From the NCBI GenBank assembly GCA_965113315.1, contig OZ220370.1: 64,000 nucleotides of DNA, one strand, 5' to 3'. Shown one piece after another: positions 61,459-64,000 of the stretch. The position numbers were made by a program, and so were the translations under genes. The first letter of the stretch is position 1, and each line of letters starts with the position of its first letter. Under the pieces are notes generated by a model that was given only the letters and a program-made list of their open reading frames with translations, was not told the DNA's origin and ran no database searches. The DNA comes from Podarcis vaucheri (lineage: Eukaryota).

Positions 61459-64000
61459 TATTTTATCTTCCTTGGCTATATATTTTCTTCACATACTTTG
61501 TTTCACTTCTTAGAAATAATTAAGCATGTTTGCTAATCTAGTCATTTATGTTCTCCGAGCTTCACTGAAGTCCTGGGCATTGTTCAGTTTTAGTTTATTT
61601 CTCATTGAAAGAATGATCCCAGTGTACTCATCCACAGTGGCTATTAATGAAGTGAAGTCACAAGATAATTAATTATGAAGTGATTTGCTTCATGCCATTT
61701 ACAATCCTGTCATAGATTTGGGGTATCCAGACCATGAAGCTGCCCTCTTCTGAGCATCTTGGCTAATAGACAATGAAGGACACATCTTGTATGGTTGTTA
61801 ACTAGTGGTACGTGGATGCTATATCCACAAAAATTCAAATAAAATGAAACCACTAGTAGCATCATTATTGAAACAAATATGATGTAAGTATAAACAAATC
61901 AGATCACGCTTATAGAAATTTTAGGTTATTACAAGTTTATGTTTTTTGAAGATGTAAATAATATTTCAAAGGGTAATACTATTAGTTTACATTTTCTTCA
62001 GTGATTCCTTCAATTTACGTCATTACAGAAACTTTCAAAATTATTTAAATCTGCATCACATATTTCCATAGCTACTTCTCTAGGCTGAAACTGAGACTGA
62101 AGCAACTTTTATATTAAAGTAGCTAGGAGATTGGCTGTGTAATCCTATGCATGTCGACTTCCAGGTAAGTGTGTATAGAACTGCAGCCTGAGCTAAAAAT
62201 CAGCTAAAAATCCTTGATTCAAACGTTGCCTCACCTTAAGAATGTCCTTCTCTCGCAGCCCTATGATATAAAAGAATATAATATGAGGATAATAAAACTG
62301 GCCTACCTTACATTATTGTTGTAAACATTAAAAGATCGTGAATGCAACACACTATAAATCATCATATAAATGCCAAATATTATTAAGCGTGCTTTATCCT
62401 GTGCCTTTTTCTTAATGATTTTGATGATTGACCAAAATCAATGCCTTTACGGACAGCTGCCTCCATTTCTGTTTTGAAGCCAAAAAACCTATTGGAAATA
62501 ATAAGCCATGAGCTTCGGTGGGTTTTCAATCAGACCCTCTATAAATACAGCTGCCAAAAACATCCCCACGGAAAGAGGGAAAGCTGCTTTTAAAAACTGG
62601 CTTATTGCTCCTGTACAAAGAATATTAGTAGCCATCCAAATTAAGAATGGAACACGTTGTTCCCTCTGATGACAGAAGTCAAATATGTTCTAACAAAAAG
62701 AGAGGTTTCAAGCCATACATAGTTTTCAGTTTTATTATAGCCCTCAGTTTCCCTTTTCAAATTCCAAGGACCATCATCTAAAAGACTTTCCTCCTTGGTT
62801 CAGGACAGAACCATGAGTTAACTTAGGCAAAGTTCTTTTTCTGCCTTGAAAACCTAGAGACCTTTTGCTGTGCCCAAGAAGCCGTTCATTTTGCTTGTGC
62901 CTGTGTGCAACCCCTAAATCGATGGAGATGCATAGAATGGAAGGTGAAAAGCGGGGTGTGCCAATGTTTGGCATTGCACAGGGTACCACTGATATTTGAG
63001 ACTCTAAAGTTCACCACCAGGAACAGGATCTATCCAGGTTGTTATCTCCCTCACCCAACATTGACCAAATTTGATGTGTAAGTGGGGCTACCTGCTTGTC
63101 AATCACCTGATGTCACAATGACATCAGGTGAACCTTTTTTACTTGCACAGTTTTAAATCAAATGCTGCAGACAAATGTACAGCCTGCAAAGTGTTTTTCA
63201 AAGCACTCTGCAAGACACAATGTTCAGCTGTTTATAGGCCATTGTGGGTACCACCAGCCAGGTGATTAGCAGAGCCTGCCAACTCATTTCAGCTCAACCA
63301 GGTCTTTACCTGCCTTACTCCTGATGTTATGCAAACACATTTGACCTTTTTTAATCAATATCATTAGCTTTTTTCTAAAATGTTTTATACTGGTATGAAA
63401 TAATATGAGTTTGATTGATGTCAACTTGTCCATCCCTATTGTTTTGCCTCAGCTATTGAGTCAAGGATTTTACAAAATAACCCTTGTTTAATAACTACAG
63501 ATTTTTCCTAAATGAGCAAATAAGCAGTGGCAGTGTGTATGTATATAAGTACAGTGGGTTTGAATTATCAGAGACAGATTGAGGCAAAATGATTGATGGC
63601 AGTGATTTTGACCTGGAGTTGGCCAGTGCTGGGCTTGGGGCCTGCATTGCCCTCAGTTGCTCTATTAAAACTCAAGGAGTAACTGCTGAAGGATTTTTTG
63701 TTCCCCCCCGCCATGTGCTCTTCATTTATTTAAAATCAAATAAAGCGAATATTACACAAGACACTAGAAATTTCTCATCCAAAGGAAACTAAATCCAGAG
63801 GTCCTGGGTTAATGTCTAAATCAACCATAATATGTAATGTCACTTTTTAATCCTTTTTGCTCTGATGGACTGTGATTGCTGTTTTGCAGCCAAACAGATC
63901 TTCTAATGTTCCCTTTCCTTAAACTGTTTTGCAGTTTGGGTGATAAGCATTATCTATATATAACCTGGCACTTCAAGTATCTAACAACTTTCAGGAAGGC

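Overview
AT-rich, repeat-laden vertebrate DNA, almost certainly squamate because Sauria-type SINEs are present (a lacertid lizard is plausible). I could not recognise any host protein-coding exon, so the window looks intronic or intergenic. Three large insertions dominate. (1) A full-length but disabled Gypsy chromovirus of the Tf1/sushi type lies on the minus strand (5473-11035). It has 433-bp LTRs with 7 mismatches, a CTTGC target-site duplication (TSD), a self-priming PBS and a G_GGA_AAC -1 frameshift site. Its chromodomain is followed by an acidic tail with two FxGF-type motifs resembling LEDGF/TND-interacting motifs. (2) A nest at 16134-18862, where a TA-targeting MITE hosts a second MITE and a 2.2-kb non-autonomous L1 derivative. 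(3) An intact 6.5-kb L1 (46784-53323, 18-bp TSD) sits inside the second copy of a perfect 638-bp tandem duplication whose first copy preserves the empty target site. The rest is SINEs, Tc1/mariner-pogo and hAT MITEs, L1/L2 fragments, microsatellites and a few enhancer-like unique stretches. All alignments were done by eye and no database searches were run.
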